DNA of 64,000 nucleotides from Octopus vulgaris (Eukaryota). Below, piece by piece: positions 27,390-40,693 of this stretch. Both the position numbers and the translations under genes were made by a program. The stretch spans positions 76,632,001-76,696,000 of the forward strand of contig OX597826.1 in NCBI GenBank assembly GCA_951406725.2, written 5' to 3'. The stretch's first letter is position 1. Each line of letters starts with the position of its first letter. The notes beneath the pieces are model-generated. The model saw nothing but the letters and a program-made list of their open reading frames with translations, made no database searches and was not told where the DNA came from.

Positions 27390-27620
27390 GTCGTAACGGA
27401 CGCAGACCATTTCTTTGCACTTTCTAGAATCCTTTACCAGGTCATCAGGTCATTTTCTGTACTTCCAGTCAACTCTGATCCTTTGTTATATAATTCTTGT
27501 CCACTTTGATCCAGCAGATCTGTGTAGAAAGCATTCTATCCATGGCCATCCCGTCTTATTTTCAGATAACCTGCCCAGCGCCATATTTTCTTATGCCATT
27601 CCTTCTAGTATTGTTTCAGG
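27390..27620 (-). mobile_element. Highly decayed RTE-like LINE 3' fragment
   Basis: Minus translation contains KIWRWAGYL and PDDLVK, resembling the RTE C-terminal RWAGH...RWxDDL motifs. Confidence 0.35.
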
Positions 27621-28614
27621 TAATTGTGTTAGGAGATCGAATACCGGCGAGGTCAACTGTGCATGTCAGCTTTCTCGGGGAAATAAACGGAACACAGTAC
27701 TGATATCAGTTTCATTTCGGAATCAGTCATCTTGTGACGTGGTAAGACTGACAGAAGGCACCTACAGTGTCACTTCGTCAGAAAGAGAAAATGTTGAACA
27801 GAGTCCTGCGAATTTGTTCTCGTAGAAAAACTGAAACGTGCAACGGTGTGTTGATGAGTAACACAGCACAAATCAGGGAAAATAGATCAGACGCAGATAC
27901 AGGCAGATTAGGAGCACAAACAGAATACTGCCATTCGACCGTTTCAGCCACTGTATCATTCAGGAATATATGTATTCTTTTAAAGAGAGGAAGGGTAATA
28001 ATGGCCTAGAAGTCTTTTAGGGTCTCCTCATCTGATAGAAGGGAAAGAAGAAAGAAACCCAGATTAAGGATCTACGTCCAGACAAGGGACTTGGTCTGAA
28101 TGTTTTGCAGGTTCAGCGATGGCAGACAATGAAAGTATAGTGGCCTTAACCTCGATGACGGATTGTAAAGTGCCACCCCCATTTCCCTGACATGGCTCTG
28201 ATGACCTGCAATACGTGACAGAAGACCCTTCGCTAAAATGTTGTGAAGTGGAATCGAACCTGGAAACTAGACTCTTAAGTACTCAACCATACCTGATATT
28301 TAAGTAGCTTAATTTATTTCATTGTAAATATTTCTTCTAATTTTTAACATTTCTGTTTCTATAGAAACGGAAATGTCGCTGTAGGAATGGTTCGCTTTCC
28401 CATATGTCATGTTAATTATTTTAAATGGCCAAGAAAGTGTTTGTCGTAAAGGTTAATTAGAAACATTTCAATTTTCATATCTTAATCGCTTGCTAATTAA
28501 CCTTTGTTGGTCACCAGAATTAGTTTATATTCTACATTGCCTGGAAAATATACCCGTACGTTTAGTAGAATTGTTTTTATCCTCCTCCTCCACATCATCA
28601 TCATCATCATCATC

Positions 28615-28985
28615 ATTGGCTCTTTAGAAACATAATTCAAATTCCAGCGACGCCGACTTTGCCTCTCAAACATTTGAGATCGATAAAATAAATGCTAGAT
28701 GAGCACTGGGGGTGATGTAATTATTTTACCCCTTCCGCTAAATTTTTTGGCCCTGTGCGAAAACTTTGAAAGCAATTTTATTATTACTATTAAGAAAGTA
28801 GCGAGCTCGCAGAACCGTTAGGGTGATGGACATAAGTGCTTAGCGCCATGCTTTCTGGCTCTTTTCGTTTTGAGTTCAAACTGCGTCAAGGTCGACATTG
28901 CCCTTCATCGTATCGGGGTCCATAAAACATGAATCATTTGGGCAAGGGTCAATATGATGGCCTTGTGTCAAAATTTGAAACGATT
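28615..28985 (+). mobile_element. Two diverged SINE A copies in tandem
   Basis: TTCAAATTCC..GACTTTGCC..GATAAAATAA; a second head GCGAGCTCGCAGAACCGTTAG begins near 28800. Confidence 0.7.
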
Positions 28986-29194
28986 AATATTGTCCTTTTT
29001 GGTGTGGCTGGTATTGCTGTAGTTCTTCCTGTCGTGGTCAATTTGGCCCCATGACCACTAGATTCTTATCTCCCCTTTCTGTGTATGCATGACCGTGATT
29101 TCGAATGCGAACGATCTGCCCATAGGGGAATGAGAGGCTGTGGCCTCGACCGTTAAAGATTTTATTCAGCCCATCCTAATACGCTTCGGCCCTA

Positions 29195-29850
29195 CTTTAA
29201 GCTCAATCTCATCTAGTGCTGTGAGGAAGTGGTTGTCCTTCAGGAGTTCTTTTATCTGCGGACTTGTGAATACGTCCTCCTTCAGTTTATGCCACGGGGA
29301 TTTTTGGAAATTTGGCCTTCACTTATTCAAAACTTTTTGAGCTTTTCCCGGCAAAAGTCTTCACGAATTGTTTCATGAGGCCAAGCTTTACGTGAAGAGA
29401 AGGAAGAAGAACATTCTCTGGGTTTAAAAGTGGTTTACTCTGGACGCTAGAAACTGCCGACTCATATGATTTTCAAAATCTCTGATTGCACATAGTGCTT
29501 TTCAGTTGTACGACTGTCCCATAGGCATAAAAAACAACAATATTTCGTGAACCCAGATTACATTCCCATCAACATTCCAATCACCTTCAAGTCTCCACAT
29601 ATTTTCCAACTGTAGTTTGTATACTTTATGGCACTGAGGAGTCCTTGCGTGTTTTCATAACATTCCTTCCTGTGCACTGAATGTCCTATGGCTATAGATG
29701 GTTTCCTATTGCCGTTGCGTAGTAGTACTGCCTCGAGGCTTCTCTTAGATGAATCAATGAATAAGCGCCATTCAGCTGGAACACGTTCTTGGAACAAACA
29801 ACAAAATAACTCATCAGTGTTATTACTGAAACAAAGTGGTCCATCAACAG
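29195..29850 (-). pseudogene. DNA transposase fragment, Chapaev3/CMC-like
   Basis: EWRLFIDSSKRSLEAVLL..SIAIGHSVH.KECYEN..WKICGDLKVIGMLMG*SGFTKYCCFLCLWDSR..VLLPSLHVKLGLMKQFVK..KEDVFTSPQIKEL. The superfamily assignment is from recollection of these motifs, not a search. Confidence 0.65.
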
Positions 29851-30163
29851 GGCCAGTATAATTTGTGGATCGTCAATGCCGTTTCAAAACACACCTTACA
29901 AGCGTAATAGCATTACGGAAACAACGGGGGAAAGCCCCACTATTCTAGATATTATACGTATACATACATACATTAGTATAATATACATGTATGTATGTAT
30001 GTATGTATGTATGTATGTATGTATGTATGTATGTATGTATGTATGTATGTATTATCTCAACATGAAACAACTGTTAGTCTGGTTACCACACGAATAAAGA
30101 GTACTTATCTTTCAATGCATTGTTCAGCATTCCTTGTCACGGTGCAATATTAACGTGTGTGTG

Positions 30164-30214
<51 letters not shown>

Positions 30215-32244
30215 GTGTACTAGTTCATGCATATATATCTCTGTGTGTATACACATATACATATATATGTGTATAATATATGTGTGTGTTCATGTATATG
30301 TGTGTGTGTTTGTATGTGTGTGCGTGTTTGGGTGTATGAATTTATAGGATACTTGCGTACCTTTTTTGTGTATAGCAGTTCTACAGAAATAGTAATGTGC
30401 CTCATGGCACATGTGCCACGACCTAAACATTATATTTTCAAATATCGCAGAGTTAACACACGATTTTTGTATGTAGATAATACGTGTTATTTTATGTTAA
30501 TATCTGTATGTATGCCTATAACTGTATTGTCAATATTATCTCTAGTGTGTATGTACATATATCTTTGTGTGTGAGTGTGAGAAGAGAGAGAGTGTGTGTA
30601 TGTGTGGGAGTGCTTGGTGGATATCTATATGCGGGCGTATGTGTGAGCGTGTGGAAGCCTCTGTGTACGTGAGCTTATGGATGTAGCTGGGCGTGGGGAC
30701 CTGGTAATCAGTAGAAAAACCACTGAAGTGATATCTATGAGAGAAATTATCAAACATACATCATAACTAGATATTTCGAATTCCCAATGGGGTATCATTA
30801 GCCTTCGTCTACCTAGAGGGTGGTAAGGATCGATAAATACATAAGTGCTATGAGGATGGCTTGTACAACAGAGTGTCCGTGGCGGTGGAGGGTGGAACGA
30901 TGTGCACCAAGTGCTGTTGTGGGAGTTCGCTTCCGTTTGTAGGGTGTGGTGTTGTTATCGGGAGGACTTTATCTTCACTGATCTCCCTGATGATATAGAC
31001 AACTGAACAAAGACGAGAGCCCTAATGAAAAGGTTAGCTATAATATCCGAGTTATTTGATGACATCTTGCCAAAAGACATCCTGCAAACACAGCCGATCT
31101 GGTGCCAGATCTATGGATTTTCTATGGATCTTCACTCGGTCAACTGAGAAGGGAATTCTCTAGTCACTGATGACGATGATTTACATTAAAATTGAACATT
31201 CTCTTAAGTATATAATTACATACAAAATTATATATATATATATATATACGTACATATATGGGCGTGTTTGTATATAGATGTTTGTATATTCTAATTTACT
31301 TATATATCATATATATTATTGTGCGTATATGTACATTATGTATTACACACAATCGGACTCCCACGCCACCGTGCATACAAACACACCCACAATCACAAAC
31401 ACACACCATTCAAAGCTGAGTTGGCTCGGGGTGCTACTCCGAGTGGCGAATTAACCAAGTTCCTTTTTGAACAAATTTTATTTCACCTTCTTTAAAAGTA
31501 GGTAGTTCTTTCCTTGGCTTAATCGCGCTGCATAACGCCATATCACCACCTATTCACACACATGCATACACATACTACATATGCAAAACGATTTGTATCC
31601 ACACACACACACGTTTCAAATAAAATGGCATGCCTCGGAATACTGTATTACATCTATTATGTATATTTATTAGATATTATATTTGTTCGATTAAGTATGC
31701 ATAATTTATGCTTTGCAGCATTTTGAAGTATGCTTTTCCATTCGAAACGTATGTAGCAGATTAAATCATGAACAATCTTCATACTTTTGTGTTTTTACTG
31801 TTATGCTCTGTGAGTATATACTAAATTTATACTGAATGCATTCAGTGTTCAGACTTTGGAGTCAAAAATTGGACTGATGTTAGAAAGTGACTATACAGTC
31901 TATGTCAGTTTCTGCGGTTTTCACTGAACAATTTAGTTACCCGAGATTAATCCCCACAGAGTGCTTATAAAGAATTCATCCGGATTCTTTAATCACTTTT
32001 TCCATTATTATATGTATATATGAAAATAAGGAAAAAGGCTGGGGTTGGATGATTACATTTTAAGTTATTAACCTTTGAGAGAATGAAAAGACCAAAGTTG
32101 ATTGCTACGGGATTCGAAACCGGAAATGCAGCTGAGAATTTTGTTGGAGGATCTAAAGAGTCTTCCAACTCAATAATTGTCTCTAATATAGGCGTATCTG
32201 AATTTTAGAGGGAAGGGACTGCTGATAAAATCTTTTCCAGGACT

Positions 32245-33080
32245 AGGGAGGCGAACTGGCAGAAACGTTAACACGCCGGGTGAAATGCTTAGCGGTGTTT
32301 CGTCTGCCGCTGCGTTCTGAGTTCAAATTCCGCCTAGGTCGACTTTGTCTTTCATCCTTTCGGGGTCGGTGAATTAAGTACCAGTAGCGTACTGGAGTCG
32401 ATCTAATCGACTGGCCCCCTCCCCGAAAATTCCGAGCCTTGTGCCTAGAGTAGAAAGCAAATTTCCAAGGCGGCAAGCTGGCAGAGACCTGAGCACGCCG
32501 GGCGAAATGTTTAGCGGTATTTCGTCTGCGTTACGTTGTGAGTTCAAATTCCGCCCAGGTCGACTTTGCCTTTCATCCTTTCGGGGTCGATAAATTAAGT
32601 ACCAGTTACGAACTGGGGTCGATGTAATCGACTTAATACCTATGTCTGTCCTTGTTTGTTGCCTCTGTGTTTAGCCCCTTGTGGGTAATAAAGAAATAGG
32701 TATTTAGTCTGTCTTTACGTTCTGAGTTTAAATTCCGCCGAGGTCGACTTTGCCTTTCATCCTTTCGGGGTCGATTAAATAAGTACCAATTACGCACTGG
32801 GGTCGATATAATCGACTTAATCCATTTGTCTGTCCTTGTTTGTCTTCTCTGTGTTTAGCCCTTTGAGGGTTGTAAAGAAATAGGTATTTAGTCTGTCTTT
32901 ACGTTCTGAGTTTAAATTCCGCCGAATTCGACTTTGTCTTTCAACCTTTCGGATGTCTTTTGGCAAGATGTCATCAAATAACTAGTACAGTTGCGTACTA
33001 GAGTCGATCTAATCGAGTGGCCCCTCCCCCAAAATTCGGTGCCTTGTGCCTAGAGTAGAAGGCAATATTCCAAAGCGGCG
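32245..33080 (+). mobile_element. SINE A tandem/concatemer cluster (about 4 bodies)
   Basis: Repeated GTTCTGAGTTYAAATTCCGCC..GTCGACTTTG..TCATCCTTTCGGGGTCG at ~32315, 32535, 32720 and 32903. Confidence 0.9.
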
Positions 33081-33139
33081 AAATAGGAAAAAAGAATGAG
33101 AGAAAGTTGCGTTGAAAGAATGCAGCAGGGTTCGCCATC

Positions 33140-33425
33140 ACATGGAGCTTTAGGTGTTTTCGCTCAATAAACACTCACAACAGCTGGTCTGGGAATCGAA
33201 ACCGCGATCCTACAACCTCGAGTCCGCTGTCCTAACCACTGGGCCATTGCGTTATATAAACTTACACGTACACACGTATATATCGACATACACACAGACA
33301 TTTCTATTTCTATACGTGCGTGTGTGTTTAAATAAACCAACAAAATAAATACCTGTTCTGGGAATCGAAACCGCGATCCCACGACCGTGAGTCTGCAGTC
33401 CTAACCACTGGGCCATTACGCCTCT
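33140..33425 (-). mobile_element. Two tRNA-derived SINE heads of another family
   Basis: Minus strand AATGGCCCAGTGGTTAGGAC..CGCGGTTTCGATTCCCAG (A and B boxes) occurs twice. Confidence 0.75.
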
Positions 33426-33964
33426 ATTCGTTTATATAAACTTACACGTACACACGTATATATCGACATACACACAGACATTTCTATTTCTATACGTGCG
33501 TGTGTGTTTAAATAAACCAACAAAATAACTACCTGTTCTAACGCGATCGGAATACCAAAATGGTCGCATATGTAGGTGTGTAAGGAGTATGGACGAGGTG
33601 GTAAGAAGAGGGCCGCTGATAGCTTTGGATGCCGGGTATGTAACGGGTGTTTTTGTTGCTGATGATGCTGGTTGGGGTGGCGTAGGGGTGTTGTATTGTT
33701 GTTTGTTTTCTGTGCAACAAGCAACCACACATTAAAAATGTATCTTAATTTTCACAAGAGCTTTTAACGCTCCGGGGGTGGCAGAAAAAATGTTTAGAAG
33801 CGGGAATATAACAGGCATTGATATCGTTAGAAAGCAACGAATAATTATTGCTTGAAATATAATGAAAAAAAAAACAAACAAACAAATAAATGAATAAATA
33901 AATAAATAAATAACTTCTACTCCATAAAATAAACGTACAAAAGCAAGCATTGCTTGACTTGGAA

Positions 33965-34582
33965 GATGATTATGATGATGATGATGATGATGAAGAAGAT
34001 GTGGATGATGATGATGATAATGATGACGACGACGATGATGGTGATGATGATGATGATGATGATGACGACGACGATGAGGGTGATGATGATGATGTCGACG
34101 ACGTCGGTGACGATGATGATGATGACGACGATGACGACGATGATGATGATGATGTTGATGATGATGATGATGATGATGATGACGACGACGACGATGATGA
34201 CGACGATGACGACGACGACGTCGGTGACGATGATGATGATGATGAGGATGACGACGACGATGATGATGATGATGACGACGACGACGTCGGTGACGATGAT
34301 GATGATGATGATCACGTCGACGACGACGACGATGATGATGATGACGACGACGACGACGTCGGTGACGATGATGATGATGACGATCACGTCGACGATGATG
34401 ATGATGACGACGACGATGATGATAATGATGATGACGACGATGATGATGATGATGATGTCGACGACGACGATGACGATGATGATGATGATGACGACGATGA
34501 CGATGATGATGATGACGACGACGATGATGATGATGATGACGACGACGAGTTTCATGTCGTCGGTGACACTGACGATGATGAG
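33965..34582. repeat. (GAT/GAC)n trinucleotide array with a higher-order GACGTCGGTGAC unit
   Basis: Directly visible. Confidence 0.95.
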
Positions 34583-35154
34583 GATGTGGGAAAGGAAGAG
34601 GAGGAGGAGGATGTCTTAGTGGAATGGTTGTTGTTGCTCGTGTTGGTAATGACTAACAGAAGTAAAAGCGAATGGAAGGTGCAGTAGCAGTGAGAGGAGA
34701 GAATTGTGGGGAGGAGGAGGAGGAGGCGGAGGAGGAGGAGATAGAGGAAGGAATGGTGGCGTGGAGAAGAGGTAAAGAACACAAGAAATATGGCTGATCA
34801 TTGATATCCTTCGTCTCTGATGTGTGACCAGACACAACAGCTGATAAATCAGGAAAAAAAAACCACGAAAAAATGCCACTGCCAACACCACAACACACAC
34901 GCATAGAAGCATACATGCACATTCACACACACACACACACACATACACACACACACACACATATGCACCTACAGACATATTCATATATGTGACAATATAC
35001 ACACAAATGTGTGCGCATTGACATACAGCCATACACACACTCATACAAGTATACGAATACACAAGCATATACATAAATACGTCCACATTAAAATACACAC
35101 ACAGATTCACTCACACACAAGTAAACACACACACTCACACACACACACGTGCCT

Positions 35155-35365
35155 TTTATCGTTTATTTTCAGGTTTTCAGTCATTTGACTGCGGCCATGC
35201 TGGGGCAGCAGCTTGAAGAATTTTAGTCGAATGGATCGATCCCAGGACTTTATTTTTAAGCCTGATACTTATTCTATCGCTCTCTTTTTGCCGAACCACT
35301 AAGTTATGCGGTTGTAAACAAGCCAACACCGTTTGTCAAGCGCTGGTGGGAGGAGAAACAAACAC
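35155..35365 (-). mobile_element. SINE family B 3' half
   Basis: TTCAGTCATTTGACTGCGGCCATGCTGG..TTTTGCCGAACC..TGTCAAGC is the reverse complement of the family B tail. Confidence 0.82.
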
Positions 35366-35404
35366 AGCTATCTATCTACCTATCTATAAGCATACATACA
35401 TATA

Positions 35405-35438
<34 letters not shown>

Positions 35439-35563
35439 ATATATATATACATATAATCTATATACATATAATAATAATAATAATATAATAATACATATAT
35501 ATATATATGATATGCATATAATCTATATATATATATATATGTCTGTTTATTTATTTATCTATA

Positions 35564-35669
<106 letters not shown>

Positions 35670-35682
35670 TAAAGATACATGC

Positions 35683-35736
<54 letters not shown>

Positions 35737-35743
35737 TATCTGT

Positions 35744-35873
<130 letters not shown>

Positions 35874-35909
35874 GTCTGCCTGTCTGTCTGTCTATCTATC
35901 TATCTATAT

Positions 35910-36370
35910 CTTGACGAATAAAAGTGTGGAGTAGTGTGAAAGCGTTTGAGGAAGCCAAGATAACGCATGCAAGACTCAAGAGAGATTTAATGAAAAGTGT
36001 TGCGATCGAGAAGGTCAATGTAAGTGACCTTTTGATGTGCACACTTTGCGGCAGACCATGCCCTTCTTTTGCTGGGCTCAAATCTCATTTGGGGACCCAT
36101 GAATAACAAACCTCAACCAACTGTTCTGCCTATATACGTGTGCACACCTTTCAATGCCGTGTATGCCATAAGGTCTACAAATCTAACGGAGGCCTCAAAA
36201 GAAATTTTAAGGACCACAAAGATCAGAACTTATCTGCAGCTCTTGGTGGTCCAAATCCGATATGCAATCTATGTGGATGTCTTTCCAATGCATTATCTGG
36301 TTTAAAAAATTACATGAAGCGCCATGATGGATCAGAAGTGGTCAGACTCCGCATAAGGAGTAGAAAGCCA

Positions 36371-36372
<2 letters not shown>
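35910..36372 (+). pseudogene. RTE-like LINE C-terminal fragment with three C2H2 zinc fingers
   Basis: ORFs 35924-36106 and 36140- share one frame, separated by a single TAA. They read VWSSVKAFEEAK..CTLCGRPCPSFAGLKSHLGTH..CRVC-x12-N-x3-H..CNLC-x12-Y-x3-H. Confidence 0.65.
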
Positions 36373-36404
<32 letters not shown>

Positions 36405-36418
36405 CTTCGGTGGAATAC

Positions 36419-36480
<62 letters not shown>

Positions 36481-36517
36481 TAGATAGATAGATAGATAGA
36501 TAGAGAGAGAGAGTGTG

Positions 36518-36572
<55 letters not shown>

Positions 36573-36587
36573 GAGAGAGTGAGATAG

Positions 36588-36621
<34 letters not shown>

Positions 36622-36625
36622 AGTG

Positions 36626-36676
<51 letters not shown>

Positions 36677-36687
36677 GAGAGAGAGTG

Positions 36688-36832
<145 letters not shown>

Positions 36833-36864
36833 TGTGTGTGTGTTTGTGTGTTTGTGTGTGTGTA

Positions 36865-36936
<72 letters not shown>

Positions 36937-37055
36937 AGAGGATAATTTTACAACTTTGTTAAACCGAAGAGCAAAACTAAAAATAAAAACAGGACTGCCG
37001 CTGGAAGTGGTCAGGTGAGACACGGAGGCGAAAGGAGAAATAAAGTGAAAGGTAT

Positions 37056-37196
37056 AATGACTAAACCCTCCAATCAGTCAAAACAACTTTATATCACCAT
37101 TGGACGGTCTATTATTTTAACATATATTTATATTCGACTTTTGATAATTTGGGAATGATACAAAGTTGTTTTGACCGATTGAAGTGTTTAGTCATT
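37056..37196. repeat. Imperfect inverted repeat with 41-bp arms
   Basis: AATGACTAAACCCTCCAATCAGTCAAAACAACTTTATATCA vs TGATACAAAGTTGTTTTGACCGATTGAAGTGTTTAGTCATT. Confidence 0.85.
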
Positions 37197-37219
37197 TATT
37201 TTTCCTATATATATATATA

Positions 37220-37345
37220 CACTTAGTTTTCATCTACCAAATCCACTCACGTGGCTCTGGTCGGCCTGAGGCTATAATAGTAGACACTTGTCGAAAGTGC
37301 CATGGGGTTGGGTTGTAAAATTCGTACCGCACAGCCACGCCTATG
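37220..37345 (-). mobile_element. SINE family B 5' part
   Basis: TCTACCAAATCCACTCAC..GACACTTG..CACAGCCACGCC. Confidence 0.75.
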
Positions 37346-38773
37346 CCTTTACATAGAAAAATGCATTCATATACTCCTAGAGAGCATATCAATATACAAC
37401 CAGAAATGCACAGACGAACAGAAATACTCTTTTATACACACAAATCACAGACCCTGATATTTGTACATAAACATTAACCAACAGACAAACATATACAAAA
37501 GTGTACACGCTAAAATATATACCTTCTTACACCCTCACATTCGCAGGTGACTCGCACATGCGTATTTACACTTTAACACATGTACGAATATAAATAAATA
37601 CATGCATACACGCATATGTATGCGCAATCGTGCGTACATAGATATATATACAAAGAAATACAGACAGCATAGATGTCTCTCACACACACACACACACACA
37701 TATGTACGCAAAAAGAATTGCGAATACTCGCACGCGCCGCACACACACACACACAGAGCGTGCTATAAACAACAGAAAAAAATATATACAAAGCGACACG
37801 AAACCATAAAAAAATCTGTGGATATAAAAATATAAAGGAAAATAAAGAATGGAAAGGAATGGATTTTTCCGAAATGGATACAGTTCTGATGCCAATAGCA
37901 CCGTTTTCTGCGAATTGAAGCTGATTTGCTAAAAGCGGTATGGCCACAGGTGTTTTATTTAGGAAAGAACGAGGGAAAAAATGTGTCTAAAATTATGTTA
38001 GAAAGGAGAGGGAAGAGAGAGAGAGAAATTATATGAGCCACACGGAAAACTTTAACATAAACTACAAGGAAAATAAATACATTAGAATGCGACTCCCACC
38101 CAATAAATACATTAACAAATGACAACAAATGATTTTATGTAACAAATAGAAAAAAAACAAAAAACTAAGCGAAGTCGGTGACGAAATAGCCACAACTGGA
38201 ATAATATCGGCATCAAAGAATATTCTGGAAAAAAAAATGCAGCAACGGTAATGAGGACATGAATTATTAGTGAGACGATATGGGAGCTTCTGTATGTCGA
38301 TCAGACCTGCTAGAATTAGCAACAAAATATCCCTCATATCCCCCTGTACGCACAACACGTTGGAAAATATAGTCGTAGATATTTATTCTGTAAAATGATG
38401 AATAGTTGTGAAAGGAAGTTTGAGCCGAAGTAAAGAACAAGAATAACGGCATTTGCTGTAATTTCAGAACGTACAGTTTATCTAAGAATAGCAGCAAAAT
38501 TTCCATCGTGTCACACCATACAATCTCGTAAAATTGGAATTATTCATGGGATGATGTAGTTTCAAAAAAATATCGACGTGATGCTCGTGAGTGAAACGTA
38601 TATAAAGATGTCTAGAGGTTCAGTGATTTGAAACAAGAACCACGAGAAAAAAACAGCTGATGTGGTATACGACAGGTTTCTTCGATATGTCAGAAACAGC
38701 TGTTATACCCACTTCAAGTATACCTTACCTAGTTGGAACGGGGAGATTGTTAATGATATAATCCTTGGCTGGC

Positions 38774-38903
<130 letters not shown>

Positions 38904-39311
38904 TTAATACTAATAATAGTAGCAAAAGAAAGAAGAGTGCCATTGTTATCAAGTGAACGATATTTCGTCATCTAGTGTGCCTTCCGCGGGTTAAAATATA
39001 AACTTATCTATCTAATAATAATAATAATAGTTTCCTTATTGACCACAAATGGTTTACATTAAGAAAGAAGAAGAAGGAGGAGGAGGAAGAAGAAGAAGAA
39101 GAAGTAGAAGAAGGAGAAGAAGAAGAAGAAGGAGGAGAAGAAGAAGAAGGAGGAGGAGGAGGAGGAGGAGAAGAAGAAGGAGAAGAGGAAGAAGAAGGAG
39201 GATGAGGATGAGGACGAGGACGAGGACGAGGAGGAGGAGAAGAGAAGAAGAAGAAGAAGAAGAAGAAGAAGAAGAAGAAGAAGAAGAAGAAGAAGAAGAA
39301 GAAGAAGAAGA

Positions 39312-39598
39312 AGAATTTGGAATATGAAAATTATAAAGACTGTGCCTATAATAATTGGTGAATTGGGAACTGTGAGCAAAGATATAGAGAAATGGTTGAA
39401 GGAGAATGGAATAGAATGTAGAGCTTTTACAAATAGTTTTGACTCTTAGGAACAGGAAAGATTATCGGGAGGGTCTTAAGCACTTGAAAGACTATCGAAA
39501 GATTGTGGATAACTAAGATTACAGGGAGTAAACCGCTACCCACGAAAATCCTACCAGGAATATGAACGAACCTGAGGAAAATCAAAAATAAATAATGA
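39312..39598 (+). mobile_element. R4/Dong 3' end fragment following a (GAA)n run
   Basis: RIWNMKIIKTVPIIIGELGTVSKDIEKWLKE..LGTGKIIGRVLST*, then a UTR ending AAATAAATAAT. Confidence 0.75.
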
Positions 39599-39832
39599 TT
39601 TATAAAATAGAATGAAATGAAAAACTTGCGATTTGCTAAAATATTACTGATCAGGAAACAAAAAAGTAAAATGATGCTGTGTTTCTTTTCCTATTTCATA
39701 AGAACTTAGAAGAATCTGGAAGAAAATCAAACAAATATCTCACTGTATTACTGGTATGATTATATACGCTTACACTTTTACCTTATATATATCAATATGT
39801 TGCATACAAGTCCTTTCCTCGAGAACAAAGCG

Positions 39833-39875
<43 letters not shown>

Positions 39876-39920
39876 AAATAATAAATAAAACCTATATCTT
39901 TGGTTATATATGTATGTATG

Positions 39921-40080
<160 letters not shown>

Positions 40081-40414
40081 TATTGCGTGTGTGTGTGTGT
40101 GTCTGTGTGTGCGTGCGGATTATCAATCCGGGCAAAATACATCATAAGCTCTTTGTTGGCCGAATAGGCTAACACTATTACTTAGATCTGTGAAGAATTC
40201 CAGGTATTCTTATGGCAGGTTCCAAGGTTATGGTTCATTATAATTCTATATTTTAGATCCGTGGATGGGTTCCAGACAAACTGATTTTTACAAAGAGTGA
40301 TGCATAAGAAACAAGTGAAACATAATGGTCATTACACGGGGGAGGGAAGAGAAGAAGACGGAAAGATGCAAGTAGAATAAAGAACAGGGGAAGGCGAGTT
40401 ACTTACACACATAC

Positions 40415-40693
40415 ATGCATAATTTACCGCCTTCAGACTATCATCTCTTTGGCCCCTTGGAAGAGGGTTTGAGAGGTAAACATTATTCCAGTGACCAGGA
40501 AGTGAAAACTGTAGTGAAAAAGTGGCTCAAAGTACAGTCAATAGAATTTTACAAGGCAGGGATACATGCTCTCATTCGAAGGTGGAACGTTGCTATTGAG
40601 AGAAACGGGAACTATGTTGAGAAGTAGGGATGTGATTCACAGAGGACCAGCTTTATTTTGATGTATGGTAACCACTGATTCATACACCCTCAC
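40415..40693 (+). mobile_element. Mariner transposase C-terminal fragment with 3' end
   Basis: LPPSDYHLFGPLEEGLRGKHYSSDQEVKTVVKKWL..FYKAGIHALIRRWNVAIERNGNYVEK*. Confidence 0.88.

Noticed and set aside
28196-28230. CTGATGA followed by a CTG..CAG stem
   Set aside because: Lacks GAAA and a cleavage triplet in the correct register.
31426-31444. GC-rich small hairpin CTCGGGGT-GCT-ACTCCGAG (Helitron-end-like)
   Set aside because: No downstream CTRR terminus at the expected distance.
32245-33080. Regularly repeated ~180-nt units superficially like a CRISPR array
   Set aside because: The intervening sequences are homologous rather than unique spacers, the context is eukaryotic and there are no cas genes; this is a SINE concatemer.
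33191-33425. tRNA-like sequences with A/B boxes (also 43075-43130 and the SINE B heads)
   Set aside because: No complete cloverleaf or acceptor stem; they continue into SINE bodies, so they are SINE heads, not tRNA genes.
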